A stretch of DNA of 64,000 bases, from NCBI GenBank assembly GCA_963794325.1, contig CAWCDG010000007.1, forward strand, positions 32,001 to 96,000, written 5' to 3'. Each line of letters begins with the position of its first letter. The first letter of the stretch is position 1. A model generated the notes under the pieces. It was not told where the DNA came from. It ran no database searches and saw only the letters and a program-made list of their open reading frames with translations. Below, one piece after another: positions 1 to 10,397 of the stretch. The position numbers and the translations under genes were made by a program. The stretch comes from an uncultured delta proteobacterium. GTDB lineage: Bacteria; Desulfobacterota; Binatia; Binatales; Binataceae.

Positions 1-1
1 G

Positions 2-262
2 ATTCTCACCGCAATTGGGGCGATTTCGCTCGGGTTCGGGATGTTCGCGCTGTCAGGCTGCTACGAAACGAACTACCCGGGGTACGGCGGCTACGGCTAT
101 GGATCAGGATACGGACCGGGATACTACTCAGCGCCGGTCGTCGTCGAGGATCGTTCGTGGCATTGGTGGGGCCATCACGACCGCGATGACGATCATCACT
201 ATGAATCGCGCAGCAACAGTGGGCACGAGGAGCACGCCAATCGCGATAGCGACCACGACTAG
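2..262 (+). CDS. Small lipoprotein, Gly/Tyr-rich then His/Asp-rich (5' truncated by window edge)
   Basis: Frame open from base 2: ILTAIGAISLGFGMFALSG-C (hydrophobic stretch plus LSGC lipobox), then YPGYGGYGYGSGY and HHDRDDDHH...DSDHD. Confidence 0.65.
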   Translation: MLTAIGAISLGFGMFALSGCYETNYPGYGGYGYGSGYGPGYYSAPVVVEDRSWHWWGHHDRDDDHHYESRSNSGHEEHANRDSDHD

Positions 263-289
263 ACACCGAGTGCTAAAACACTCCGCGGA

Positions 290-1060
290 TTAGGGGCGAG
301 GTTCCTTCGTCGCGACAATAATCATCCGACGGGTGCCGATCCCGTACTCCTCGCCCTCGAATCCGCCGAACACCTTGGTCACTCGCATGCCCACGCGCTC
401 GAGCAGGCGCGTCATCTCGGTCAGCGTGTACAGCCGGATCATGTGCCCGATCGATTCGCGGCGCCCGCCCTTTGGATCCACCACGATGAAGTGCACGTGC
501 ATCCGGCTGGTCGCGAGATCGAGGTCGCGCCGCTCGACATACAACGTCCCGTCGGCGCCGGTATGCCAGTCGTTCCGGATATAGTTGTCGATAGCCCATT
601 CGCGGTTCAGCATATCCAACAGGATTCGCCCGCCGGTTTTCAGCGCCCTGGCCGCCGATTCCAGCACTTTCAAATCCTCGGCCTCGGACTCGAGGTATCC
701 GAATGACGAATACATATTGACGATGGCGTCGAACTTGTCGGCGAACGGAATCTCGCGCATGTCGGCGGCGACCGTCTCGATTTCAACCTTGCTCGCCTTG
801 GCGGCCTGTTGCGCGAGTTCCACGTAATCCGGATTCAGATCGAGGCCCGTGACCTTCAATCCACGTTTCGCGAGTTGCACCGAATGCCGTCCCTGTCCGC
901 AGCACAGATCGAGGACCGACGCGCCTTCCTTCAACTGAAGCGCGCCGGTCACGAAGGCGCTCTCTTTTTCAGCGCGCTCTTCCGTGAACATGTGGCCATA
1001 CACGTTCAGATAGTCGTTACGAAAAAAATCCACGTACCAAGCAGAACCTTGCGATACCAT
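290..1060 (-). CDS. Class I SAM-dependent methyltransferase
   Basis: VLDLCCGQGRH motif I, DMR, SFGY; ATG at 1060 preferred over 1102. Confidence 0.9.
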   Translation of the reverse strand: MVSQGSAWYVDFFRNDYLNVYGHMFTEERAEKESAFVTGALQLKEGASVLDLCCGQGRHSVQLAKRGLKVTGLDLNPDYVELAQQAAKASKVEIETVAADMREIPFADKFDAIVNMYSSFGYLESEAEDLKVLESAARALKTGGRILLDMLNREWAIDNYIRNDWHTGADGTLYVERRDLDLATSRMHVHFIVVDPKGGRRESIGHMIRLYTLTEMTRLLERVGMRVTKVFGGFEGEEYGIGTRRMIIVATKEPRP

Positions 1061-1200
1061 CGCGATGCCTCTCAAGCGGTCAGGGTGAAATTGACAGTCC
1101 AAGTTAACGCATAACCCGCCTGCAAGATCGAGTCAGCCACAGAGCCAGTGGCTCGATCGCTTTCGATGATGCTACGGTCTTGCGCTTGGAGAGAGTGCGC

Positions 1201-1848
1201 GTGGAAAAGATTTCAATACTCGCGAGCGGTGGGCTGGACAGCTCAGTCCTCATCGCGAAGCTGGCAGCCGATGCCGAAGTGTACCCGATCTACGTTCAAT
1301 GCGGTTTCAAGTGGGAGGATGCGGAACTTGAGTTTCTTCGCTTGTTCGTCGACGCGCTCCACAATCCAAATGTAAAGCGTGCAACCATCCTCTCGGCCCC
1401 AACCGCGGCTCTCTATGGCGACCATTGGAGCGTCACCGGAGCGCGCGTTCCCGGCGCCGACGAGCCGGATGAGAACACTTACCTTCCCGGCCGAAACATT
1501 CTTCTCATTTCGTTGGCCGCCATCTGGGGCAGCACCCACGGCGTATCGCGCATCGCGATTGGATCGCTCGGCGGCAATCCTTTCCCCGATGCGACGCCGG
1601 AGTTTTTCGAGAGCTTCGGAATCGATCTCAGTCTCGGACTAGGGCATAGAATCTCGATCGAGGCACCGCTGCGCGGCTTCCACAAGGAAGAACTGATCAA
1701 GCAATTCAAAGATCTACCGCTGCAGCTTACCCTGACCTGCATGGCACCCACGGGCTCGATCCACTGCGGACAATGCAACAAATGCTTCGAACGCCAGCAG
1801 GCCTTTCTTAAAGCAGGCGTCACCGATCGCACGATCTATCTAAGATAG
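1201..1848 (+). CDS. queC: QueC/ExsB family protein (7-cyano-7-deazaguanine synthase-like)
   Basis: SGGLDS PP-loop, PGRN, PFPD, C-x8-C-x2-C-x2-C zinc site; GTG start after a GGAG-containing RBS-like tract. Confidence 0.8.
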   Translation: MEKISILASGGLDSSVLIAKLAADAEVYPIYVQCGFKWEDAELEFLRLFVDALHNPNVKRATILSAPTAALYGDHWSVTGARVPGADEPDENTYLPGRNILLISLAAIWGSTHGVSRIAIGSLGGNPFPDATPEFFESFGIDLSLGLGHRISIEAPLRGFHKEELIKQFKDLPLQLTLTCMAPTGSIHCGQCNKCFERQQAFLKAGVTDRTIYLR

Positions 1849-1855
1849 CCGTTCA

Positions 1856-2866
1856 GTGCAGAGATTCCTGACCATAACCCTTTTACTTGTGCAGATAGGT
1901 ATCGTCGCGTCCTGTACTTCTCGTCCCTCGGGCGACACTAAACCATCCACCGCACTCAAAGTCGCGTTGCTTACTCCCGGCCCCGTCAGCGACGCTGGCT
2001 GGAACGCAGCTGCATATCAAGGCCTGGAACTGATCAAGGACAAGCTTGGCGCCGACACCGCCCTGGTACAGACCAAATCGCCTGCCGATTTCGAAGACGC
2101 CTTCCGCGATTTCGCATCACGAGGCTTCGACCTGATCTTCGCCCACGGGTTTGAGTACACCGACTCCGCCCTCGAAGTATCGCGGAGTTTCCCTAAGACT
2201 TACTTCGTCGTCAGCTCGGGCAGTGAGTCGTCCGCAAATGTCGCATCGATAACTTTCAACGTCGATCAGGCGACGTATGTGGAAGGCGTGCTGGCCGGCG
2301 GCGTCTCGAAAACCGGAGTAGTAGGGGCCGTAGGCGGGATAGAACTGCCGTCGATCAAGTTGTTCTTCGAGGGTTTCAAGCGAGGGTTTCTTTCAGTACA
2401 GCCCAAAGGCCGTATCCTGATCAGCTACACTGGCAATTTCGATGACGTCGGCGCAGCTAAGGAAGCCGCACTCGCACAGATCAGCCAGGGTGCCGACGTT
2501 CTGATACACAACGCAGACGCAGCTGGCCTGGGCGTCTTTCTTGCCGCCCAGCAGGGTCACGCCTACGCTTTCGGAGTCTTCACCAATCAGAATAACGTCG
2601 CCCCTGACGTGATCCTCGCCAGTGCGGTGACCTCAACTCCATTGGCCTTTCTCAAAATCGCCACCGAAGTGAAGGACAAGACCTTTCATCCCGGGATGCT
2701 GGAATTCGGAATGCAGGACGGAATGGTCAACGTGGTATTCAACTCAAAGCTGGAATCGCACATCCCGCCAGCCGCGCTGGAACGCGCCCGCAAGGTCGAG
2801 CACGATCTTGCAACCGGTAAGCTACTTCTTTCACCGACTGCCCTTCCACCTGCGCCAGCCAAATGA
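1856..2866 (+). CDS. BMP family (PnrA/TmpC-like) substrate-binding lipoprotein
   Basis: VASC lipobox; D-x-GWN, AHGFEY, YTGNFDD, GADV motifs typical of BMP. Confidence 0.88.
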   Translation: MQRFLTITLLLVQIGIVASCTSRPSGDTKPSTALKVALLTPGPVSDAGWNAAAYQGLELIKDKLGADTALVQTKSPADFEDAFRDFASRGFDLIFAHGFEYTDSALEVSRSFPKTYFVVSSGSESSANVASITFNVDQATYVEGVLAGGVSKTGVVGAVGGIELPSIKLFFEGFKRGFLSVQPKGRILISYTGNFDDVGAAKEAALAQISQGADVLIHNADAAGLGVFLAAQQGHAYAFGVFTNQNNVAPDVILASAVTSTPLAFLKIATEVKDKTFHPGMLEFGMQDGMVNVVFNSKLESHIPPAALERARKVEHDLATGKLLLSPTALPPAPAK

Positions 2867-2906
2867 AGGACTTCGAATCAGTGAACCATAGGATGCCTTG
2901 CAAGCC

Positions 2907-3443
2907 ATGAGTCCTTATCTCTTGGCGGGACTAATCGTTCTCGGCGGGTTGGCCGTATTTTTCACCCTGCCATGGACCTTGCCGCGATCGTGGTTTAGGA
3001 CGCTCTTCTATCGCGGCGGCAGGCCGAATGCGTTCACCAAGCGGCTCAACTCCGCACAAGCGCGACTTACAGCGCGCGGAATCTTCCCGCCATTGTTGGT
3101 GGCGCTGGAAACGAAGGGTCGCCGAACCGGCAAACCGTCCCTGGTCCAACTGGTGGTGACTAATGTCGGCGCGGAACGATACCTGGTCTCGATGCTCGGA
3201 GAGAACGCCGACTGGGTCCGCAATACGCGCGCCAGCGCAGGTGCCGGATTGCTCCGCCACAAAATAACAGAGCAGGTGATGCTGGAGGAAGTGCCGGTGT
3301 CGGATCGCGCGCCGATCCTGAAGGCCTATCTGCAAGTGGCACCAGGTGGCCGCCCGCATTTCGACGTAAACCGCGACGCACCACTGGCTGATTTCGAGAA
3401 AATCGCCGCGCGCTATCCCGTATTCCGTATCGTCACACAGTGA
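2907..3443 (+). CDS. Deazaflavin (F420)-dependent nitroreductase family protein with N-terminal TM helix
   Basis: ETKGRRTGKP, SMLGENADWVRN, YPVFRI match the DDN split-barrel family. Confidence 0.8.
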   Translation: MSPYLLAGLIVLGGLAVFFTLPWTLPRSWFRTLFYRGGRPNAFTKRLNSAQARLTARGIFPPLLVALETKGRRTGKPSLVQLVVTNVGAERYLVSMLGENADWVRNTRASAGAGLLRHKITEQVMLEEVPVSDRAPILKAYLQVAPGGRPHFDVNRDAPLADFEKIAARYPVFRIVTQ

Positions 3444-3533
3444 TTGAATCATCTGCCGATTTGTACTGATGTCGCGGACAGACTTAGACGCGTTTGCGTT
3501 CGTATCGGTTCGCTCGTACACTGCCGGTCGATT

Positions 3534-4532
3534 ATGACTGCCAACAATCTTCGAGTCTGGCTGTGTGCGGGCGCCATCCTCTTAGCCTCCTGCTCTGCCG
3601 ATTCAACGGGACCAGTCTCACAGAACGTAGCATCGAACCAACAATCGCGGGATCAGCTTGATTCCCAGAATTCCGGCGCGTCGCCGGCATGGCTTGTCGA
3701 GTTGAACCGCCTGCGCAAGACTGGTGGTCTCAAGCCAGTTGCGGAGAATGGAGCACTTAGCCGCGACTGCGAAGCCCACGCGAAATACCTAGTCGAACAA
3801 GGACCCGCGACAGAGCCTCAGTTCGAATCCTACAAAGCAGCTATCGGACTTGCTGCTCATCACGAGGATCCTTCAAGCCCACATTTCAGTGCCGCCGGCG
3901 CTGAATGCGCGGCTGGAGGCAAGGAAGCGATGGGCGTGTCTCAAAGCAACGATGTCGCGTGGGGCCGCGATCCGATCAATGACCTAGACGGTCTTTTCTA
4001 TGACGCGCCCTTCCATAGGCTATCGCTGCTTGCTCCGTGGGCTACGGTCGCCGGTTATGGAACCTGTGGAGATTATCCGAAACGAGTAGGTACTATGGCG
4101 TTGCGGGGAGAGGGTGGAATCGGCTCGCCCCTGATAATATTCCCGACCGATGGTTCCACTGTGCCCGTAGGAAAAATCGAGAGCTTCGAGGCGCCGGACC
4201 CTCTCTCATCCTGTCCGGGTTACAAAGTTCCGATAGGACTTCCAATCACTTTACAGCTAGGGTCCGGCTATCGAGGCAGAATGCAATCGTATTCGATAAC
4301 TGGCCCAGCCGGCGTGGTTGAGACCTGCGCGTTCGATTGGCTGACCTACCACAATCCCGACGCTGCCATGCAAGAGCACGCGCGAGAGCTACTCCGCGCC
4401 TTTGGAGCCATCGTTCTTATTCCGCGGCAACCTCTTATCAATGGTACCTATAAGGTTGCGGTCTCGACCGGTCGGCAGAACTTCTCATGGAGTTTTGCCG
4501 TTGCGCAACCATCATCTCTTGTTTGGCAATAG
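3534..4532 (+). CDS. CAP/SCP-domain lipoprotein
   Basis: LASC lipobox; LNRLR..GL.PV, AHAKY, HHEDP, APFHR..LL. Confidence 0.7.
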   Translation: MTANNLRVWLCAGAILLASCSADSTGPVSQNVASNQQSRDQLDSQNSGASPAWLVELNRLRKTGGLKPVAENGALSRDCEAHAKYLVEQGPATEPQFESYKAAIGLAAHHEDPSSPHFSAAGAECAAGGKEAMGVSQSNDVAWGRDPINDLDGLFYDAPFHRLSLLAPWATVAGYGTCGDYPKRVGTMALRGEGGIGSPLIIFPTDGSTVPVGKIESFEAPDPLSSCPGYKVPIGLPITLQLGSGYRGRMQSYSITGPAGVVETCAFDWLTYHNPDAAMQEHARELLRAFGAIVLIPRQPLINGTYKVAVSTGRQNFSWSFAVAQPSSLVWQ

Positions 4533-4533
4533 C

Positions 4534-5500
4534 TTAGTCATGCAGCTCCGGTGTTTTACCGGGCGCCGGTGTAGTGGCGAAGGCAATGGCACCTGTCAAA
4601 CCTCCGACCATCGTAGTCGCAAACCACAGCAATCCCAGCGCGATTGCGTCCTCTTTTCGCATCCCGGCCATCCCGAACAGCACCAGGTAAGCTGATTCAC
4701 GAATCCCCAACCCATTCAAGGTCAGCGGCAGGCTCGCGAACACGTTCGCAATCGGAACGCAAAGAATAAACAAGGTGAGCGGCGCGGTGAGACCAAGACC
4801 GGCTGCCAGGATGTACTGTCCCGCCGCCAGCGTAACCTGCAGCACGATCGACAAAGCGATCGCCGGGAGAAGGGCGGCAGGATGATGCAGATACGGCGCA
4901 ATGATTCCGCCCGCGCGGCGAACAGGCCGCGGCATTAGATGAATCAGGCGCGCGACGAGCGGACCTGCAAGAAATCCAGCGAAGGCAATCGCACCGACCA
5001 CGACGCGTCGGCGTGATTACCGACGATGGAATCGATGCGAAGTTCAGAAAGATCGCGGAAAAGGCCGCCAGCCAGAACAGACCGATCAACCCAACGCCGC
5101 GATCGGCGACCACCGACGCGATTGCCTCGCCCATCCTGCCGTGCCGCCGCCCGAGATAAACGGATCGCGCCGCGTCGCCGCCGAGCAATCCCGGCACGAA
5201 CAAGTTGGTAAACATCCCGACGAAGGTGTAGGCGAGGAACTCGCTATACCGGCCGTGCACTTTCAGAATCGCGGCGAGCAGCCGCCATCGATAAGCACAC
5301 ATCGCCTGACCCGCGACATACAGCGCGACAACCGCGGCAAAGTACGCGGGACGCTCACGGCTCAGGATTCGAAAAATCGGACGCGCATCGTAACGCCACA
5401 GCAACACCGCAACAACCGCGAGGCCCAACCCTGCGCGGATCGCAAACGCGCGATAGGGATGCGACGGCGCGGGTTGCTCAGTTGACGGTGATTGAGTCAC
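4534..5500 (-). CDS. Lysylphosphatidylglycerol-synthase TM / flippase-like (UPF0104) protein, frameshifted near 5005
   Basis: AYRWRLL, NLFVPGLLGGDAAR, VVADR in one frame; SLPLTLNGLGIRE in the next; removing one base at ~5006 joins them. Confidence 0.75.
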
Positions 5501-7213
5501 GGCGCGAGATTCGTTCACGTCGGATAATTGCCCTCTTCTTTCCTTCGACGCGATCACGTCGAACTCGCCGAAGCGTTCCTTCATTCGCGCGAGGTCGCCA
5601 GCGTCGAGCACCACTACGACGCGTTCCGGCTGGTCCCATCGACGAAACATCTGATCGTCATTGTTCATGAACCAATCGTGCGCGTCCGGGTCGAGTCGCG
5701 ATCCGAAGTCGAGTTCGGTGCGACCGCCGAGCAGCACGACGCGCTTGCGATTGTAAAACGGCAGCGACTGAACGTAGCGATGGTAGCAGATGATATTCGC
5801 GTCGGGCGCCTTTTCGGCGATCGCGCGGCTGAGTGCTGCGTATGAACGCATCGGCTCGGTTTCGAGCCGCGCCCATCCGCCCGCGATCAACGCGAACGCA
5901 AGCGTAACGACGATAGCTCCGAGCCCGAGAGCCGTGCGTCGCATCACGAACATCAACGTTGTGACCGCGCCGCCAACTACCAGTATCGCACCGATCGCGT
6001 ACAACGCAGGGCGCGCGGCCATTACGTACGGTGTCCGGAATTGCGGCGCCGCGATCGCCGTGATGATCACGCCGACGCCTAACAGCGCCAGCATCGGCCC
6101 GCTTTCGATGAGGATCCGCGAATCGGGCGGTCTGCGCGCGGCGCGCGAGTCTGCGGACGGCCATGCGCATGCCACGAGTCCGTCAGCGATCAGTACGGCC
6201 AGCGGCGGGACAGCGGGCAGGATGTACGGGATCAGTTTTGCGCTGGCGCAGGAGAAAGCCACCACCGTGACGCTCGCCGCGATGAGGCAGAAACTCCGGG
6301 CCGGGTTGCGCGCACTCTCGCGCCAGGTGAGGAACGGCACGAGCAGCGTCCACGGCAACAGTCCGATCGCGAGCACAGGAAGGTAAAAGTAGAACGCTTC
6401 GCTGTGGCTGTAGTCGGTTTCGAACACGCGCCGCAGATGCTCACCGACGAAATAGAAGTTGGCGAAGCCTGGCTCGCGGATCGTCATCATCACAAACCAC
6501 GGCGCCGCGATCAGCGTGGTGAGCAGGAGTCCCGGCATCGCGCGGAATTTCGCGATTGCGCCGCGCAGTTCGCGCTTCAGTGCGAGCCAAATCAGCATCG
6601 ACAGAATTGGCAGCGCCGCGCCGACCGGCCCCTTCGTCATAACGGCCAGACCCATCGCGACGTACGCTATCCAGCACCAGCGACCGCCTTCATGCCAGTG
6701 CAGGTACAGCGAGAATGTCGCGATTGTCACCAGCGCCGTCAGCAGCATGTCGGTGGTGAGGACTTGCGCCATCAACGCGTACAGAGGAGTCGTCGCGAGA
6801 ATCGCGGCAGCGAGAATCGCATGGCGGCGGCCGAATGCGCGCAGTGCGAATACGTACGTGGCGAGTATTCCGGTGATTGCGGACAACGCGACCGGGAGGC
6901 GCGCGGCAAATTCCGACACGCCAAAGATCCAGAAGGAGAGGGTCGTCAGCCAGTAGAGCAGCGGCGGCTTCTCGACGTACGCGACGTAGTTGAGATGGGG
7001 CACGAGCAGGTTGCCGCTCTGGAGCATCTCGCGCGCGATCTCAGCGTAGCGCGCCTCGTCGGGTTCCCACAGGCCGAATGAACCGAGGTGAAACATGCAG
7101 ACCGCCAAGGAAAGCGCGACGATTGCCGCGAGGTCGAATGCGCTCGGCGTCGCAGCAGCCGACGGCGCGGCGAAACTGGGCGATCCGATTTCGTTGCGTG
7201 CGGTCCCGGACAC
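5478..7213 (-). CDS. ArnT-like GT-C glycosyltransferase (4-amino-4-deoxy-L-arabinose transferase family), 1-nt indel near 5545
   Basis: DEARYAEIAREM, EKPPLLYW, ARLP, MTKGP, KLIPYILP; adding one base at ~5545 gives ...ASEGKKRAIIRR...TVN-stop at 5478. Confidence 0.85.
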
Positions 7214-7244
7214 GAGGGTTGAGTCTAACGTGCCGATGGGATGC

Positions 7245-8981
7245 CTAATAGCCGACGGCGCCGCCGCCTTTACGCGGGTCGGCCGCGCCACGGAGATTTG
7301 CGGGCGCGATTGTGATCGCACCGACGGCTCCGAGATTCGGCACGACCTTGAGCTTGTAGCCCATCTGCTCGAGCGCGGTGCGCGTCGTCGCGGGCATTGC
7401 CTCTTCGACGATCACGACGTCCGGCGCGGCCTGCTCATGAATTCGCGGCTCGCCGACGGCGCTCGTCGCGTCGAGATGGAACGCGAGAATGTTGAGCGTG
7501 ACCTGCAAAACTCCGCTGATGATTGTTGGACCGCCGGAGCCGCCGGTCGTCATCACTGGCACGCCGTTCTTCGTCACGATTATCGGCGTCATCGAAGAGA
7601 GCGGGCGCTTGCCGCCGCGCACCTCATTGGCGCGCTCACCTTCGAGGTGATACGCGTTCGGCACGCCGGGCGCGACGGCGAAATCGTCCATCTCATCGTT
7701 GAGGATGATGCCCAGTGCGGGCACGCTGACCTTGGCACCGAACACGGTGTTGATGGTGGTGGTCAGCGCGACGACATTGCCGTCCTTGTCGGCGACGAGC
7801 AGATTGGTGGTGCCGTGATCGTGCGCCGGCGCAACAGGTGGCGGCGACGTTTTCGGATGCATCGCGCGCTCGCGCAGTTGCTGGATGTTGTCCTTGCCCA
7901 GGAGCTTCTCAATCTCGACGCCCACAAACTCCGGATCAGCATATCGCTCGCGATCGATGAAACCCTGGCGCATCACTTCGATCAGACGCGCGAGGTACGG
8001 CGGCGAGTCGACGCCGAGTCCCGCCAGATGTCCCGAATCAAGCGCGCCGAGCATCTCGAGGACGACCCCGCCCGACGACGGCGGCGGCATCGCATAAACA
8101 TCGTAGTCCTCGTAGCGATGGTGAATCGGGTTGCGCCAGTCGGGACGGTAGTTCGAGAGATCGGTGTTGCTGATCAGCCCGCCGTGCGCCTTTATGAATG
8201 CGACGAGCGCGGCAGCGACCTGGCCGTGATAGAAGTTCGTGACCGGATCGTCGCCGAGGCTCTTCAGAGTTGCCGCCAGATTCTTTGCGACGATCGTGTC
8301 GCCGGCTTTGAGCGGAGAGCCGTCGGGTTTGAGGAAAACCTGGCTCAGCCCGGGATCGCTTTTCAGCTTCGGCGCGAGCATCGCGATCTCCTTCGCCAGG
8401 TGATCGCTAGCGAGGTAACCATCGCCGGCTAATTTCTCCGCAGGCGCCGCGATCTGCTGAAACTTCATCGTGCCAAAACGCCTTAGCGCCGCGTCGATAC
8501 CCGCAATCTCACCCGGCACGCCAACCCCGAGGATGCCGTCGCGGGCCAAATCCTCATCGGGCTGGCCGTTGCGCATGTACATGTCGGGACGAGCCTGAAG
8601 CGGCGCGGCCTCGCGATAGTCGAGTGCGTAGAAGGCATGCGCCTTCGCCATATAGATGAGCATGAAGCCGCCGCCGCCGATTCCGCACGCAGCAGGGTTG
8701 GTAACCCCGACCGCCAATTCAGTGGCAACCGCGGCGTCAACGGCGTTACCGCCTTGTTTGAGAACCTCGACGCCGGCGCGCGCGGCGTCCTCGCTTTCCG
8801 ACACCACCATCCCGTGGACACCGGCGGCGGAGGTTTGTGGAGGGGCTGACTCCGCATCGGAACGCGGCGCAACCGACAGCGCGAGCGCGAGAATGATTAA
8901 CGGGGCAATCGCACGCGAGCGGGCGGCGGCCAAAAGATGAGTCCGGCGTGGCATCAACATCAGGGCTTTACTAACAGCCAT
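7245..8981 (-). CDS. ggt: Gamma-glutamyltransferase
   Basis: GGNAVDAAVA, GIGGGGF, DYRE, PPPSSGG, HGTTN autoproteolysis site, NDEMDDF, RPLSSM; signal-like N-terminus. Confidence 0.93.
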   Translation of the reverse strand: MAVSKALMLMPRRTHLLAAARSRAIAPLIILALALSVAPRSDAESAPPQTSAAGVHGMVVSESEDAARAGVEVLKQGGNAVDAAVATELAVGVTNPAACGIGGGGFMLIYMAKAHAFYALDYREAAPLQARPDMYMRNGQPDEDLARDGILGVGVPGEIAGIDAALRRFGTMKFQQIAAPAEKLAGDGYLASDHLAKEIAMLAPKLKSDPGLSQVFLKPDGSPLKAGDTIVAKNLAATLKSLGDDPVTNFYHGQVAAALVAFIKAHGGLISNTDLSNYRPDWRNPIHHRYEDYDVYAMPPPSSGGVVLEMLGALDSGHLAGLGVDSPPYLARLIEVMRQGFIDRERYADPEFVGVEIEKLLGKDNIQQLRERAMHPKTSPPPVAPAHDHGTTNLLVADKDGNVVALTTTINTVFGAKVSVPALGIILNDEMDDFAVAPGVPNAYHLEGERANEVRGGKRPLSSMTPIIVTKNGVPVMTTGGSGGPTIISGVLQVTLNILAFHLDATSAVGEPRIHEQAAPDVVIVEEAMPATTRTALEQMGYKLKVVPNLGAVGAITIAPANLRGAADPRKGGGAVGY

Positions 8982-9037
8982 CGCCGACCGATGAAAGGTA
9001 TGCACGAGCTCAATTGTGGTGCCGTCGGAAAATCCGA

Positions 9038-10240
9038 TTAACTGCCTGACAGCCGAAGTTCGCTGAGTCCGCGCAGGGCCATCGAGCCGCGATACTCCAG
9101 TTTGGCCTGTGGGTTGGCCAGTTGCAGTCGTGGGAATTTGTTCAGCATCGATTCGATAGCGATTGCGCCTTCCAGCCGCGCGAGCGGTGCGCCGAGGCAG
9201 AAGTGAATTCCCTCGCCGAACGACACATGCTCGTTGGGATCGCGTGCGACGTCGAAGTTTTCGGGATTCGGGAAATGTGCGGGGTCGCGATTTGCGGCCG
9301 CCAGCAGGATGAAAGCGAGACTGCCCATAGGAATCTCGGTGCCGCCGACGCTGGTCGAAGCCGTCGGCATCCGCACCGTCATCTGGACGGGCGGGTCGTA
9401 GCGCAGCATCTCCTCGATCGCTTTTGGGATCAGATCGCGGCTGGCACGCAGGCGATTCTGCTGCTCGGGATTGCGGCATAGCGCGAGCAGGCCGTTACCG
9501 ATCAGGTTGGTGGTCGTCTCGTTCCCGGCCAATAGCAACAACACGACGAACGCCAGCAGCTCGTTTTCGTTGAGCGCGTCGGACTCGTCTCGTGCGGTGA
9601 CCAACGCGCTGATCAAGTCATCGGCGGGATTTGCGCTCCGTTGCTTGATTGCCTCGGCCAGGTAGCGGCGGAGTTCATCCTTGGCGGCGAGGCCGGCCGC
9701 AGACGGGCCGGCCCCCATCTCCTGGCCGAATGAGCTGATCAGATCGTTGGACCATTGCTTGAATTGCGCGTGATCGTTGGGTGACACCCCGAGCATCTCC
9801 GCGATCACAATCACCGGCAGCGGATTGGCGAGCGCCGCCATCGCTTCGATTCCGCTTTCGCCGGAGTCCGTCGCGCGGCTCAACAAGTCGTTGGTTATCT
9901 CACGAACCCGCGGCTCGAGCTCGCGCACGCGTCTCGGCGTAAAAGCCTTGCTGACCAGCCGTCGCAGGCGCGAGTGCACTGGAGGATCGGCGGTGAGAAT
10001 CGTCGGCGCGCCGCCGAATGGATCGATGCGCTCGCGAAATGGAATCTCCGGACGCCGAACGGTGAAACGCTCGTGGTCGTGCAGCACCGTGACGACATCG
10101 TCATAGCGCGCGATAATGGTCGTCGGCAGGAAGAGTTGAAGCTGTCGGGGAGGACCGTCCAGCAGCGCGGGGAAGTGCGGATATGGATTCGCGCGAAAAT
10201 CGGGATCGAATGGGTTGAAATAGAAATCAGCCTGAGCCAT
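9038..10240 (-). CDS. Cytochrome P450
   Basis: AGNETT I-helix, EMLR (ExxR), FGEGIHFCLG heme-binding motif. Confidence 0.96.
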   Translation of the reverse strand: MAQADFYFNPFDPDFRANPYPHFPALLDGPPRQLQLFLPTTIIARYDDVVTVLHDHERFTVRRPEIPFRERIDPFGGAPTILTADPPVHSRLRRLVSKAFTPRRVRELEPRVREITNDLLSRATDSGESGIEAMAALANPLPVIVIAEMLGVSPNDHAQFKQWSNDLISSFGQEMGAGPSAAGLAAKDELRRYLAEAIKQRSANPADDLISALVTARDESDALNENELLAFVVLLLLAGNETTTNLIGNGLLALCRNPEQQNRLRASRDLIPKAIEEMLRYDPPVQMTVRMPTASTSVGGTEIPMGSLAFILLAAANRDPAHFPNPENFDVARDPNEHVSFGEGIHFCLGAPLARLEGAIAIESMLNKFPRLQLANPQAKLEYRGSMALRGLSELRLSGS

Positions 10241-10397
10241 TGGCGCCTCCGGAGAACGGGAACTTGATTGTAGTGAAACCCGCGGTGGGTTTCACGCTTC
10301 CTTCGGCTAAGTACGGTTCCTTGAGCGGGGCGGGACGATGGTGCTTTAATCGGCTCCTCAAGCTTCCCGCAAAGCGTTCACCAAGAGAGGTATCGCC

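Noticed and set aside
1126-1158. Hairpin upstream of queC as a preQ1 riboswitch
   Set aside because: Lacks the preQ1-I loop signature and A-rich 3' tail; a generic hairpin between divergent genes
7095-8432. 445-aa plus-strand ORF and many similar long overlapping ORFs (e.g. 11412-12521, 23557-24912, 25832-26950, 54899-56032)
   Set aside because: Antisense or off-frame shadows of well-supported genes, expected at high GC; no motifs
8982-9479. 166-aa N-terminal extension of GGT
   Set aside because: Overlaps the P450 3' end in another frame; the signal-like sequence begins near 8981
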